64,000 bases of DNA from Phoronis australis. Its lineage: Eukaryota; Animalia; Phoronida. Shown piece after piece: positions 12,749-24,582 of this stretch (its first letter is position 1; each line of letters starts with the position of its first letter). The notes under the pieces were generated by a model. The model was not told where the DNA came from, ran no database searches, and saw only the letters and a list, made by a program, of their open reading frames with translations. The DNA is taken from assembly GCA_002633005.1 (NCBI GenBank), contig NMRA01000129.1, forward strand, positions 28,133 to 92,132. The letters run 5' to 3'. The position numbers and the translations under genes were made by a program.

Positions 12749-14039
12749 TCATTTAGTGGCTGTACCAATCAGTCGTCGGCTAATCAACCTTAGGAACAAA
12801 GGTTTTACGGAAAAAAAATCCTGTTGTACACTTGAGAAGCCCGCATCTTCAACATACTACCACGTTCTTCTGTTCACATGGCAGTTGTCACTTAGAAGTT
12901 TCCAAAATGGATTGAGTAGGTTTTGCATTGACTTTAACCAGCTGTTCTCCTCAGCCGCAACATGTTCATAGAAATAAAACCTCCCTCCCTGAAATGAGAA
13001 TTTCAAGGTCATTAAATGCTGCTCTGACAATTGAAATTATCAATGTGTTTTAAGATATGTCCAGTTGAAGTTAATTGAGCAACAGGCTATGTATATTGAA
13101 AGCAGGCACTCTGTGCAGTGTTTTTTCTAAGGGTGTGTGTTTCAGTGGTTTCTGATGCTTCTGTGATATAAACAGCTTTTGAACAAACATTGCATGCGAG
13201 ATGGAAAGTGGGAACTGTTATCAGTAAAATCAGGGAGTTCCTCCAGAGCAGGAACTCAGAAGTTATAAAGACTACAGCAGTGGCGGATCTAGGATATGAT
13301 AAGGGGGGCCCAACAATTTGTCTCGGGCAATCGCGCAGGGTATCAGGGCAGAGTATTTGCAGAGATTTTGCCATCAGACAATGCCACCTCCGAGTTGCCA
13401 AATGGAATCCGGGAGAATTTTGGGGGGGGCCATGGCCCCCTTGGCACCCCTCTAAATCTGCCACTGGTACATGCGTGTTGTGAGCGTCATTCAAGACCTT
13501 GAATAACGTACCGGCTTCAAAACTCTATGGACTTCACTCAGTACCTTGGCTGGCTCCTGCACACTACATAATACCAATGTACAGACCACTGCGTCTACAC
13601 TGTTACTAGCCACTGACAAACTCTCTCCACCACCCACTTCAAACTCATCTATGTTCAGATTGGGGAATTCATCCATTCTGCTCTGCACATAGGATTTGAA
13701 GTGGGGATTGGGATCCACACAAATAATCCGTGATCCACTGGGATAGTACTCAAAATTCGCAGCACTTCCAACTCCGATTTCGAGAATAGTTAGTGTTTGC
13801 ACATGCTTTTCCACCGGTGCTCGAACTCTCGTCATGCTCCCGATGTCCATCTGTTTTGTACTGCATTCTGAAACCAAATTCTGCGATGTCTGATGATCAT
13901 GTAAAGTTGAGAACAACTGTTTCTTCTTCGCTGTGATCTGTTCACTTTTAACCTCAGCGAGACGAATTCTTTCAATAACGACACAGTACGCACGCTGGTA
14001 CAGGCTGTGCAAACTCGTGATCAGACTGTGCAAACTCAT
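12749..14039 (-). CDS. METTL7A: METTL7/TMT1-like SAM-dependent (thiol) methyltransferase; exons 14039-13512 and 12988-12749; premature TAG at 12857-12859
   Basis: Motif I LEIGVGSAANF, then CVDPNPHF and SVDAVVCTLVLCSV..VLSEVHRVLKP|GGRFYFYEHV. Phase-0 GT-AG intron. Exon 2 continues QNLLNPFWKLLSDNCHVNRRTW*YVEDAGFS...IGTATK, matching the METTL7 C-terminus. May be a pseudogene or a null allele. Confidence 0.85.
13278..13466. mobile_element. G-rich MITE in the METTL7 intron
   Basis: TIRs CAGTGGCGGATCTAG ... CTAAATCTGCCACTG. Internal similarity to 8451-8616. Confidence 0.75.
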
Positions 14040-15495
14040 GATTTGTCAACTTCTAAGGATTCGAACGAGGACCTAAAATGCCATCTTGTACTTGCGGCTA
14101 CTTGTTTTGGCGACCATTTTAACTTATCACATGACTGCACAATGCGCCACCAAACGGAGCAATGTGAACCGCAGCCCGATCCCGTCGGCGGGCGACGCCG
14201 GAAAATTTATTTGCCGGCGGGTTCGCAGTGGACGGTCGGCAAACAGAATCTATCTCATAATTCAATAAAGTTGAGCCTCGGCAATCTTAGCAAAAAGCAA
14301 GAAACCTGTTCGGTTGAGCCAATATTGTCAAAAGATCGCAATGCCATTCCAAAAACAAGTCAAAACAAAAAACACTCAGTTCGGCCCGGCCGGGGGGGCA
14401 ACTAAACTGTAGATAATGTCTATTGGCCAACCGTTTCACGCAAGGTCCCGACCCAGTAGATCTAGTAAAGAATTAAGTTTCACGAATCCAGGGACAAGAA
14501 TTTCAACAGTGCTGATGTTGATAGCCGTCGATACAAAAACGTGAAACCGGCAAACATGAGTCCGATTTTGAAATTCAATCGCGATTTCAATTTCAAACTT
14601 GAATCATACACTTCGCCTCAATAAATCACCTGGATGATCACCGCGGACGAGCCAGATCCGAACAAAGACGGACACGGACGCTCTTCATCGGAATCCGTTA
14701 GTCCTGTGTCCGAGTCGACTGAGTTGTCGGCAGAAAAGTACACTCGTTAACTAAGGTACACTGGGCTTCATAGATTTGTGTTCTCAAGCTCTCTTTGAGA
14801 CATGCTTTGTATTGTAGTAACAATTAAACTTCCCTCCTCCGGGCCGGGCGGCGAAGGCCTCAGAGCACAATACAAAAATCGGATTCTGCTTCAAGTGTCC
14901 ATGGGGTCCGAGTTTTTTTCAGACGCCAAAGACAAAACCTGACTTTTCACCAGTGTTTGGGTACATCAATGCTTTTGTTGACTTCCATGTTAAGCGATTT
15001 GTGTCCAGTATTAGCTATGCGGTCCCTGCACGTCGGACCGGTGTGGCCGGCAAAAAGATATTTTACAAAAATGACATGTCTATAATTACCTCCAGGACGA
15101 ACACGCCATTAAGAAATTTTTTAGCGGGATAATGTTAATGTTTGTAAATCTGTTGATTACCTCGATGTTATTATGTATTATCGGAATAGGAAGTCCTCCA
15201 ACTTGGTCATGAAAAATAATATTTCTAAAGCGGAAGTCCGCCCCGTTGCACAGTGTAGTGTTGTTTATGGGTTTGCATGCCCTATGAACGAATGTCTTCG
15301 TTCAAACGTCAAACACTGTTACATTGGTCAAGCGGTTTGCAGGGTTTCCCGTCGGTTATCTATGCATCTTCAAAATGGCGCCATCCAAGATCATTTTCTG
15401 CAATGTCACGAACGTAAAATCACACGTCAAGAAATTGTGGAAAACACGTCAATTCGCTACGGGAGCCCGATGTGCTGCGACTGAAAGTATTAGAG

Positions 15496-16484
15496 CATAG
15501 GCGGATTTAGGGGGGGCAGGGGGCCCGCCGCCCCCCCCCCCCCTTGGCTGTGGGAAAATAATAAAACAGCAAGAGCGTAGGGAAATGTTGAGCTAATTAA
15601 TTAGCCCCGGTAATTAGCATTATACGGCGGAAACAAGATTTTAATGTGTGCAGTTTTAGTGTGTTTGGGGGGGGGCCTCAGATCCAATTTCAAGTGTCAA
15701 ATTCGGAACAGGGCTCAATCGTAACAAAATTATGGCTAGGTATAGGCTCTCCCGCGATATCCCAGGCGGCAGTGGCGCTGCGCACTACGACTCCGTTTCC
15801 GTCGTCTGCTTCACTGTGCAATGAAGAAAATTACTTCATTTTTTAAAGAAAATGGAATCTGAGTGACGATGAAAAAACAGAAGCTGCTGGTAAGATGTGA
15901 ATTTTAATCGAAGCCTCAGTGAATCACTCAGAAACTCATAATTATCTCTTTGTCAAACCTTAACTTAAGACGATTTCCAAAGCAATCGCCTCATTAGTGC
16001 CAACATAAAAAACGGATTTGGTCTTTTGGGCAATTGAAGACTATCTTAAATACAACAAACTCGTTACGAACTGATTGCACAAAGTATAAAAAGTGTAATA
16101 AGCATTACAAAAAGAAGTAGGTTTCGCGCGCAAACGCTGTGGACCATAAACAAGTAGGTCTCTTATCACCAAATTTTGAGTGAAGTCGTGGTGGTGTAGT
16201 GGTAAAGTACTCTCGCTCTTTCCGCCAGGTCGTGAGTTCGAGTCCGTAGAAATTGTAGTGTGTCATGTTTGACACGTTTTTTTTTTTGATAATACTTCAG
16301 GAATCAAGGAAAATGCTTGATTTTTAGAGGAAAAAACAGAAAAATTTTCCTGGGCGGAAGGGGGGCGAACCCCCCTCCCTACCTCCCCCCATTCGGTGCC
16401 ATGCGCATCTAATCGTGCTTTGCACAAATGTTTTCAGACAACATGTTGGGCCCCCCCCCTTGTGATATCCTAGATGCGCCACTG
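15496..16484. mobile_element. 989-bp CA...TG element with 5-bp TSD TAGAG
   Basis: TAGAG|CATAGGCGGATTTAGGGGGGG ... CCTAGATGCGCCACTG|TAGAG. Removing it restores the Penelope reading frame. Confidence 0.9.
16186..16248 (+). other. tRNA-derived Pol III promoter-like segment (SINE head or tRNA pseudogene)
   Basis: A-box-like TGGTGTAGTGG (16192-16202) and B-box GTTCGAGTCC (16237-16246). No convincing cloverleaf or anticodon arm. Confidence 0.5.
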
Positions 16485-18253
16485 TAGAGTCCCTTTTAAT
16501 TGGTTTTGAGAAGCCTGTTTTGAATGAGCAGCAAACAGGGTCGCGCCGAACGCAACACATGTTTGCGTGACTTTCCTGTCCCCCCCCCCCCTTCATTAGA
16601 CATTAAATTGCACTATTTCACACCCGCCGTGTCCCACTGCAGTTTGTGTGTCATCAGCTTAGTATGCTCTGTGGTGGCATAAATGCGTCATTTTATCTTC
16701 ACTTGAGAATGAAACAAGTATGTTTCGAAATATCGTGTGTCTTTTAATTATGTCGCTAGGTCAGTTACTTTATCTATGTTCAGTTGAGAGTACAGTTTTG
16801 TTCCGAAGGTATGAACGTAACGGAGTAAAGACTGTAAACAATGAAAAGTGTCGTGCATTTAACCAATTCTGTATATACCCTTGAGATTATACTTAGATTT
16901 GACTGTTTTTTCGAATAAACACCATCCTGGCTTTGTCTACAGAAAATTTTGGTGAGCTCAACCATACTATTACTTAAAAAGACATAAGGATGGAACGCGA
17001 AAGCTCATCAAAAATACCTTTTAAACAATTCCTGATGACAGTATCATCTCGCAACGTCTAATACCGCGACAATCATTTTCCCCAGTGTGAAAATTTCCAG
17101 AAAAGTCACAATTTTTTGAAATACGTGCGAAGGAAAAGTTCTGTGGTAACCACAGTTTCTAACGCGCATGAGCTCACACGGTTGGTTTCTTGAAGTCGCT
17201 TGAGGTCAAAGGTCACATTTTCCATATAAGGGGAATGTCTACGCCTATCTTGCCATACCAAACAAGGAGACGTGCTTCGCTTCAGGGTGGGATAAAAATC
17301 GACGAAGTGGGGAACAGCTGAGAGACCGAAATTTGAAACTAACAGAAAATGCTTCGATATCTGGTGAGCAGGTTGAATTCTGTTTCAGTGGCAGAGAACA
17401 ACTTTCAGTATTACAATTTAGCCTGTTTATCGCGCTCTTGGCCTCTTTAACGTACACGCTGATGTAACACGAGTGCCTATAAAGCAAAAAAAAACTCAAA
17501 CATTTAGAAATAGCATTGATTTAATAAAGCATGATCACCCACCCCCCATTATGTCACAGTCCTGTAACCGTTTGACAATTCTTGCTAGACGAGTCCTAAT
17601 TTCTGCTGATGACGGCTGTCTCTCTCTATAGTTATTGTCACATGTTAATTCGCACGGGAATGATTTATCTCGGACAGATAGCTCCTTACGTGGGATGTAT
17701 AAGCATTATCGTGGAAGGAGACGGGCAATATTTTTACTCAAACCACAGTGCACGTAGACACTAAATGCGACAAAATTCTGGATATACTTCATCGTGCGTC
17801 AAATACTCGCGCTTGGAAAACTTGAAATTAAACTTTTTAAAAAATTAACTATCGAAGATCTCGAAACCCTGGCTTTAATTTTAGTGAAGTATTGGCCCTT
17901 GAAAGATTGGTTGTTATGAAAGGTTCACCAACTACAAGCCGCGTGTTTGCTAATTCGCCATCATCATCAGTCGCAATCGTTCGTCAGTCTTCATTGTCAT
18001 CCCTGCAATCAAACAAATTTCCGTTAACAAAAGTCGTTGATGCTGCAGTTAGAGCTTCTGTCATCATCGGTGAGATGTTACATTTAATGCCGGACTTCTA
18101 GTGTCTGGCAGGTGACGTAGGGCGTTAACCTTTATCTTCAGTTCCCACGGTTAGTCTAGTGGCGTCATGAGAGTACACGTATGCTCCCTCAATCGGAGAG
18201 GATAAATACTAAATCCCTGACTCGCCGCTTCCACTTGCTAACGTAACGTCACC

Positions 18254-20076
18254 ATGAAGCTCTTGGTCGTGTTGTGCGCTGTAATTATAGCCGCTCAGGT
18301 AGGCAAGGGCAAAAATAACCGATCTGGTTGGTCGTCTTTTTTTGTTTCCTCTCACCCTTACTTCACCGCTGTGTGATAGATAGTTTAATAAGTTAGATAT
18401 GGAAACTTCCATGATTGTACATGTACAAGTAACAACAGCAATCACGATGCACAAATTGTAACTTCACCGATTGCCAGTAGAAGAAGCCAGGGTTGAGAGA
18501 AGTGTTTAATTCAAGAAGTTGATTAATAAATTGCACATGGTGTAGCGAATGGTAATTTCCATCATCTAAATCGTGGTGCAAAATACTGTTAATTGTCGTG
18601 ATTAAAAACAATTCTTTTGTCAAATTACCACGAGGCTTGAGAAGGTCATTTGAGAGAGCTAAGCATGGTTTCAACGAATGAGCTGTCAGTTCCTTGCAAA
18701 CTCTGAAGTCACAGCCTCATCCGAAAAAGGAACAAACGGAGATCAATTTTAGATTGGAAAGTGGTTTGCGTGATCTTAACAAGCCTAATGATGCAAGGCA
18801 ATGACAGATCTACGTTTCAGTAAGGGGGGGTTAGGATCCGCGCGAATCCGAGGCGCATAGCGCCGACCGGAGGGAAGGTCAGGAGGGGGTTTCCCTCTCC
18901 CGTGTAAGATTTTTTTAGGTTTTTAGTAGCTGATTTCTTTTTCTTGCTAGCAGTTTTTTTAATTATTATGTTTGATCCTGTCCCGAGGTGGGGGGGGGGT
19001 TGAACCCACTGAACACCCCTGTAGATCCGCCTCTGCAAGGAGTTACTTCAATTCTTAGCCGAGGAAACTGTACTCTGTAGGTCTACTTATATGACCATCA
19101 CAGATTCGAACATGCTCTTCTTAGGCTTTTGATCCGTGGGGTAAACCGAAAGGAACCGTGTGCAACTCGCAAGATGACTGCTCCGAGGGCGAGTGCTGCG
19201 TCATGAATTCTGGGATTGACGTCATTGGAAAACGTGGTATCATCGACCGGTTCTCAAAGGGTATTGACAATTTTTTTAGTTAATGATATAAAAATACTTT
19301 TATATTTCACATGAAGACAACTGTTGAAAACAAGTATATTGGGGTTTACCACGGGAACATGTCCAATAAGCGTTTGTTTTTTTGTTCTTTTTGTTTACTC
19401 TTACCTGCAAAATCTTCACGATAGCCCGTACATGTATACTCACTCGATCTAAGTGGAAATAATGTACGACGAGGTAAGAGCAATTAGACGTCGTGAATAC
19501 TCTGTTCAATGTACAAAATAAGATTAGCGCACACAACAATGCATGGGAAGCAGAACTGATGTCTCTGTGTACGTCAGAGCACACCACTGGATTGAACCAA
19601 CTTGCTTGGTCGCTAGTCCCGTACCCTAATTCTAAAGAAGCCCGGAGGTCTTACATTGTAGGCCCTACATTTTCAAAAACCAACTACAGTTGTACGGAAT
19701 GAATACGATTTCAGTTTGTTGTCCTACCTCAAACACATCCCAAAGCCCATAGTACACGGTGTTGTGCTGCTAACTTTCATATTTACAATGACGAAGTGTC
19801 AAAATACTCTTCCATCAGTGAAGGGTCTGTATGAGCTGCTGCCTTGTCTTTTCAGGAGTGTGCAAACCCTACAAGCAAGAAGGAGATGGCTGCTCACCAG
19901 TGAACCACAAGTCAGTTTTCAACAAGAACGTGCACGCCTTCTCCTGCCCTTGCGCCGATGGACTCGAATGCATCTCGACAAAGCACGTGATCAACAAGAA
20001 CGGGTTCAAGGGTGAAATTCACGTGAACCCAACTTGCACCGTGCCCAAACCCGGAAGTGGCGACGGTGAATTTTAA
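18254..20076 (+). CDS. Secreted 10-cysteine prokineticin/astakine/colipase-fold peptide precursor, 133 aa; exons 18254-18298, 19125-19260, 19856-20076
   Basis: Spliced product MKLLVVLCAVIIAAQ|AFDPWGKPKGTVCNSQDDCSEGECCVMNSGIDVIGKRGIIDRFSK|GVCKPYKQEGDGCSP...FSCPCADGLECIS...NPTCTVPKPGSGDGEF. Signal peptide, C-C-CC-C-C-CPC-C-C mature pattern, canonical splice sites in phases 0 and 1, AATAAA at 20108-20113. Confidence 0.88.
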
Positions 20077-21518
20077 GCATCTCGTTTTTGGAAACAAGCT
20101 TTTTGTGAATAAAACTGGCTTGACACGTATTCACATTGAAAATGAGTAAAATATATTCACTTCTGACCCAAATTATGAAAATAGAAACGAAAAGACGGAC
20201 AATATAATATTAATTGAGGAAAATTTATGAAGTCGCACAGACATGTTGGTTCTACAGTAGCCGCAGAGGTACTATGAGCTCCACCTTGTCAGTGTCCAAG
20301 ATCGTTTCACAGAAAATAGTCCTAATACTTAAGTGCGCGGGTATTTCTACACATCAAACCTTGAGCAAATCTTAAATCAATAATTCATAATGTGAAATTT
20401 ACATTGTGTATTCCGACTGAAGATCCATTAACATCTACAAATCCCCGAGGATCTCGGATCAATTTATTTTATATTTTTGTGATGTGGTTCAACATAATTT
20501 GACAAAAAGCCGTAAAGCAGTCGTTGTTTTACGACAGTGACTAACATATGAAATATTTGATTTGACTTATTATTTATAAAATATTATGATAATTTAAAAA
20601 AAGATGATTTATTGTTGATTTTTTGTTAATTTAAGGGTTTTACAAGTGCACTATACCAAACTTCACAATGACGTCATACTAATCAAAATGCAAAACAATT
20701 GTAGACATTTGCTTATTAAAATAGCAATTTTGATTTTAAGGAGAAACGACTCGCCTTATATTGTTCTCAAGAACTAAACTTATTTCAAGATCCTAACAGC
20801 GTAACATAATTGCCAATCTAGTGAAACGCAGCAGGATATGATTTTGAAATTGCCGCGTATTTGAGATGGTCAAAACCTGAATTTGAGCTACAATGAATCG
20901 GCGAGATCCTATTACTTTCTATTTGTTCATAGAAAATGTGATGGACATAAGAAATAAATCGTAAACTACGAATATTCCACTGTACGACATTTTGAGAAGA
21001 AGCCAAAACGTTAATATAACAAAATGAAGAAATGTCTAATCACCTCAAAAAAAGTGTTCGAGTGATAGTTTGGGCAAACGTTCATCAATGTCCGCGCACA
21101 GTGTACAAAACATGAATAGTGTTCATAACTACATGTATATACACACCGCGAAGCATCAATTTTCGTTCGTTCACCAGAAGCTCCACGGAATGATGTGATT
21201 TTTTTCATGAAGTCATGTCAGCTTCAGATAAAACACACACACATACAGGTGACTCAGGTAATATCTGTTTTCCTCACGAGTCAATTAAGCTAACAAAAGC
21301 AACAATTCAAAGCAAGGAAGCCTACACAAATATCGAGAGAACTCACTGAAACTTTGCGACAGTTCCAAAATGACAATTCGACACAGTCAAGGAAGCACCA
21401 GCAAGGTCAATTTAACCTGACGGTGACATTGACGATATGTATAATGTAGTTTACACCTTTCAAATTGTGACACGGCGGTCTGTAGGGTGAGCAAGTCACA
21501 GTTGCTTACAAACATACT

Positions 21519-22445
21519 TCACAGTTGTGCTGACGATGTATCACTCCGTGAGATTGCCGGCGAGAGTAGGTCTGCCTCAGGTTTCGCCTCAACACCCAAG
21601 CCAGATTTTGTTTGAACAGCAGGGTCTGAGAGGTCGACTGTTTTCTTGGCGATAAGCGCTCCCCCTCGCGGAGCGCGTGTATTGATTGTCCGGTAGCAAA
21701 TAAAGCACGAAGCAACACCAAGTAGAAGTTCGCTCATCGCTAGGAAAATTATGGCAATATATAAGCCGAGATATCCGGCCCAAACACAACCGTTGATGAA
21801 AAGTATGACAGACATCACAGTGGCACAGATTGATGCCGACATATGTGCGACAATCATCGAACTCAGTCGCTCGTTGGCGGCTTTATTTCCCAATATGCCA
21901 GCAACCACGAACGATATTGGGCACCAGATATCTATAATTGCTCGTGATACAAACGCACCACGTGATGTGTACCAGCGCGAATTCCCCATCCTCGCTTGAT
22001 TGTATAATATCATAGATGCGACTCCACACAACACACATATAAGTCCCACGATGAATTGCGAGACAGCGAGAGATCTAGCAATTGCAACAGGGAAGTTTTC
22101 AACTTGATCTCTATCAGCCACAGTGACACTTGAGAGGCAGTTTGTCGTTTCCGGTTTTAAGCACAGCTCATGCGGCTGAGTGGTTCGTTGAATATCAAGC
22201 ACAGTGGAAGCACATGAGTTTTGACTGAATTTAGGGTCACAGTCACTGGGCTGCAAAGCTATGCTCTCGCTGCCAGGTAGTTCTGACTTATGCTCAGAAG
22301 GTTTTGACATGACACGAGATAATTTTGTCTGTACATTTGCACCGGAATCTGAAACACGGGAGAAGAAAATGTCGGTAACCTCCAAAGACTTTCTCATCAT
22401 ATTCTGCGTTAGTGCGGAGAACTGCTTCCCCAGAGGAGTCTCCAT
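21519..22445 (-). CDS. MS4A/CD20-like four-transmembrane protein with long polar N-terminus (about 308 aa from Met at 22445)
   Basis: Four hydrophobic helices with CD20-family-like spacing: LAVSQFIVGLICVLCG, IWCPISFVVAGILG, MIVAHMSASICATV, IIFLAMSELLLGVASCFIC. The true start is uncertain, and the extended ORF to 22793 runs into a transposon. Confidence 0.72.
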   Translation of the reverse strand: METPLGKQFSALTQNMMRKSLEVTDIFFSRVSDSGANVQTKLSRVMSKPSEHKSELPGSESIALQPSDCDPKFSQNSCASTVLDIQRTTQPHELCLKPETTNCLSSVTVADRDQVENFPVAIARSLAVSQFIVGLICVLCGVASMILYNQARMGNSRWYTSRGAFVSRAIIDIWCPISFVVAGILGNKAANERLSSMIVAHMSASICATVMSVILFINGCVWAGYLGLYIAIIFLAMSELLLGVASCFICYRTINTRAPRGGALIAKKTVDLSDPAVQTKSGLGVEAKPEADLLSPAISRSDTSSAQL

Positions 22446-22721
22446 GAAAACCAGATTTGTCGAGAAAATGTATTTACAGTGAAGACCTGGTAGTCCAGCC
22501 TTGTTTTCAATTAGAAAAGTGCTTCGAAGCGCTTCGCGCGATTGTGCTATTGAACGACGCGCTCGCGGAAAGCGCCTTCGTTTTTGGCGAGCGCTTTCCA
22601 GAAGTTCAAGTTTACTTGGTACCAATATGGTACTTGTAGGTGACGGGAACAGGCCGTAGACCGAACAATCTAGATAAAACGTATTTTGCAGCGTCTCGGT
22701 CTGCGACTGTACCTTCCTTAA

Positions 22722-24582
22722 AGGAGAATGCCACCCAAAAAACAACCTAGTTCGTATCAAATTAGATCGAGTAGTTCCACTCGATATCAGCAAGTACAGC
22801 TCTGTTACCCCGCGACACCTGACGGCAGGCGGAAGTGTTGAAATTTACTAATGATGCCAGAGGTTCGAATGCATTCTTTTCAGCAGTTCATAAAACTGGT
22901 GTCAGCTAATCGCTTGAATTCATCGTTTTACTCAGATAAATCATCAAATTTCGATGTAAAACCCTTACAAATACATCGAGTTATTGAAAAAAACGTGTTA
23001 TTTCATTTCGCTGCTACGGATATTTAGGTACTTAAACGTACCATAACCTATAAAGTTCGGTAGGCCAATTTACCAAGGTCGGTTGCGGAAGTTTGGGTCT
23101 GTTTGGTGATGAATGGCAAATCATTCGTCCTAAAAATACAGACAGGAGAACATAGCTCTGTGTCGTAATTTTAGACTTGCGATTTTTTCAGTTCTAAACA
23201 AAGAAAACGCTTGTTATCCCGCCAGTGTCTCGGAACATGAGGCCCATCGCGGCCGACTGAAGACAAAACAAACAGAACCGTCACGGCAAAAGTTGTACAA
23301 TAACAATGGTTCGAATAATGTATATGAATATCTTTATAAAGATTCCCCTGACCATAGGATATAAATCGAGTTATTGTTTCACAACAGCTCTCTGTCAGCA
23401 AACACTGAATTATGCGCTCACACGGCTTCGGTGCCCGGGCAGTTAGTTTATTGCTTCTAAAGCCGGAAACGCAGTGATTTATTCATTGCAGGCTTCTCAA
23501 AACATTTGCACTCACCAACACTCCAACGCATTATAAATTGTATCTAATGAGACAGACTTTGACACTTTGTTTCAGTTTTATATAAGCATTCGGTTGGTTT
23601 GGGTGAGACTAATTCATTACTGAAACAGAACGCACAATATAATAAACGTCGACGTGATAACTGGCAATCGATCCCGACTTAGACGAGAGCTCATACGACG
23701 AAGACTTCACATTTCGATCGTTAGGTTTCACAGGCTATCAGTTCGAACCGGATTACATTGATCAAGAAAAAATAGAGAGGTTACGTGAACGTGCACAGAC
23801 AACGGAACATATGGATAGTTCCGAAAACCGTTTGAATGACTTGTCATGGTGTCAGTGAGCTACGTGCACGATTATGGAAACGACTGACGCTTGCGTTTGC
23901 TGCCACGAAATTCCGCAAGTGAAACGCCTTCTTGGAGAAGCGCAGATGTGTCTCACGGACCATCCTGATTTTGCACCACATCTAAACAGAGGTGTGCGGT
24001 AGGGCTGAGAAAAAGAACTGGCGAAAACATTCTACACCCAAAGGACCAAACAGAAGCCTCACGAACGAGTCGGTCATCACACAGGTGATATATAAATTTA
24101 TGTTCTCACGCCTTGATTTACTTGTAATTGTTTTCATGGCCAACTACAATTCTCCATAATCAAATTTAAAACTGATTTTAACTGATGTCAAAACAACCGA
24201 TCCGACGAAATGCAGGCCCGACTGACAGACACGGAGAAGTTTCGCGGCCTCATACTTGGTATTACTGAACTTTTCATTCTTCACTACCGCGAGCCACTTC
24301 CGAAGCTTCATGGACTCTCGAGTAAACCGAAAAATCTATATACTCGCTTCCCTCGCAGCTTCATACATGTAGTTCGCACCAGCGGGAACGATGCACTACA
24401 CCATAGCGGCCCTCACTCTGCAGAAGAACCACTGACGACGCTGCGTCGTTTCTCACCTTTCTCACTAGTTAACACGACACCTCTCGGCGAGGTAAGATCT
24501 ACCGTATACGAGGTGACGTGGATAAAGACCGATTACGACGGTAAAAAAGACTATTAGTAATTAAATCGGGTGATATTCTCCT
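22722..24582. mobile_element. Non-autonomous Kolobok DNA transposon carrying a KolX-like remnant
   Basis: TTAA|AGGAGAATGCCACCC ... GGGTGATATTCTCCT|TTAA: 15-bp imperfect TIRs starting AG, with TTAA TSDs at 22718-22721 and 24583-24586. Confidence 0.88.
23661..24002 (+). pseudogene. KolX / P2X7 cytoplasmic-ballast-like Cys-rich protein remnant
   Basis: …GYQFEPDY…RLNDLSWCQ*ATCTIMETTDACVCCHEIPQV…MCLTDHPDF. This is the WCxCxxC…CxCCxE…CxTxHPxF pattern, with a TGA replacing a Cys at 23856-23858. Confidence 0.82.

Larger units (their letters stand above)
15050..16570 (+). mobile_element. Penelope-like retroelement 3' fragment (GIY-YIG endonuclease), split by a MITE at 15496-16484
   Basis: YYRNRKSSNLVMKNN...VVYGFACP..C...CYIGQ...RRLSMHLQNGAIQDH...IVENTSI, then a frameshift near 15460. 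It continues RLKVLE / SLLIGFEKPVLNEQ across the insertion, the typical PLE GIY-YIG C-terminus. Confidence 0.85.

Noticed and set aside
12857-12859. Selenocysteine or pyrrolysine recoding of the METTL7 stop
   Set aside because: The codon is TAG, not TGA. Pyrrolysine is not used in animals, and the position is not a conserved Cys.
20818-21006. VVQWNIRSL resembling the start of a LINE APE endonuclease
   Set aside because: Only a 9-residue match. The expected downstream LQET motif is not recognisable.
22446-22793. N-terminal 116 aa of the 424-aa ORF
   Set aside because: It begins at a non-ATG codon inside the Kolobok element. The first Met is at 22445.
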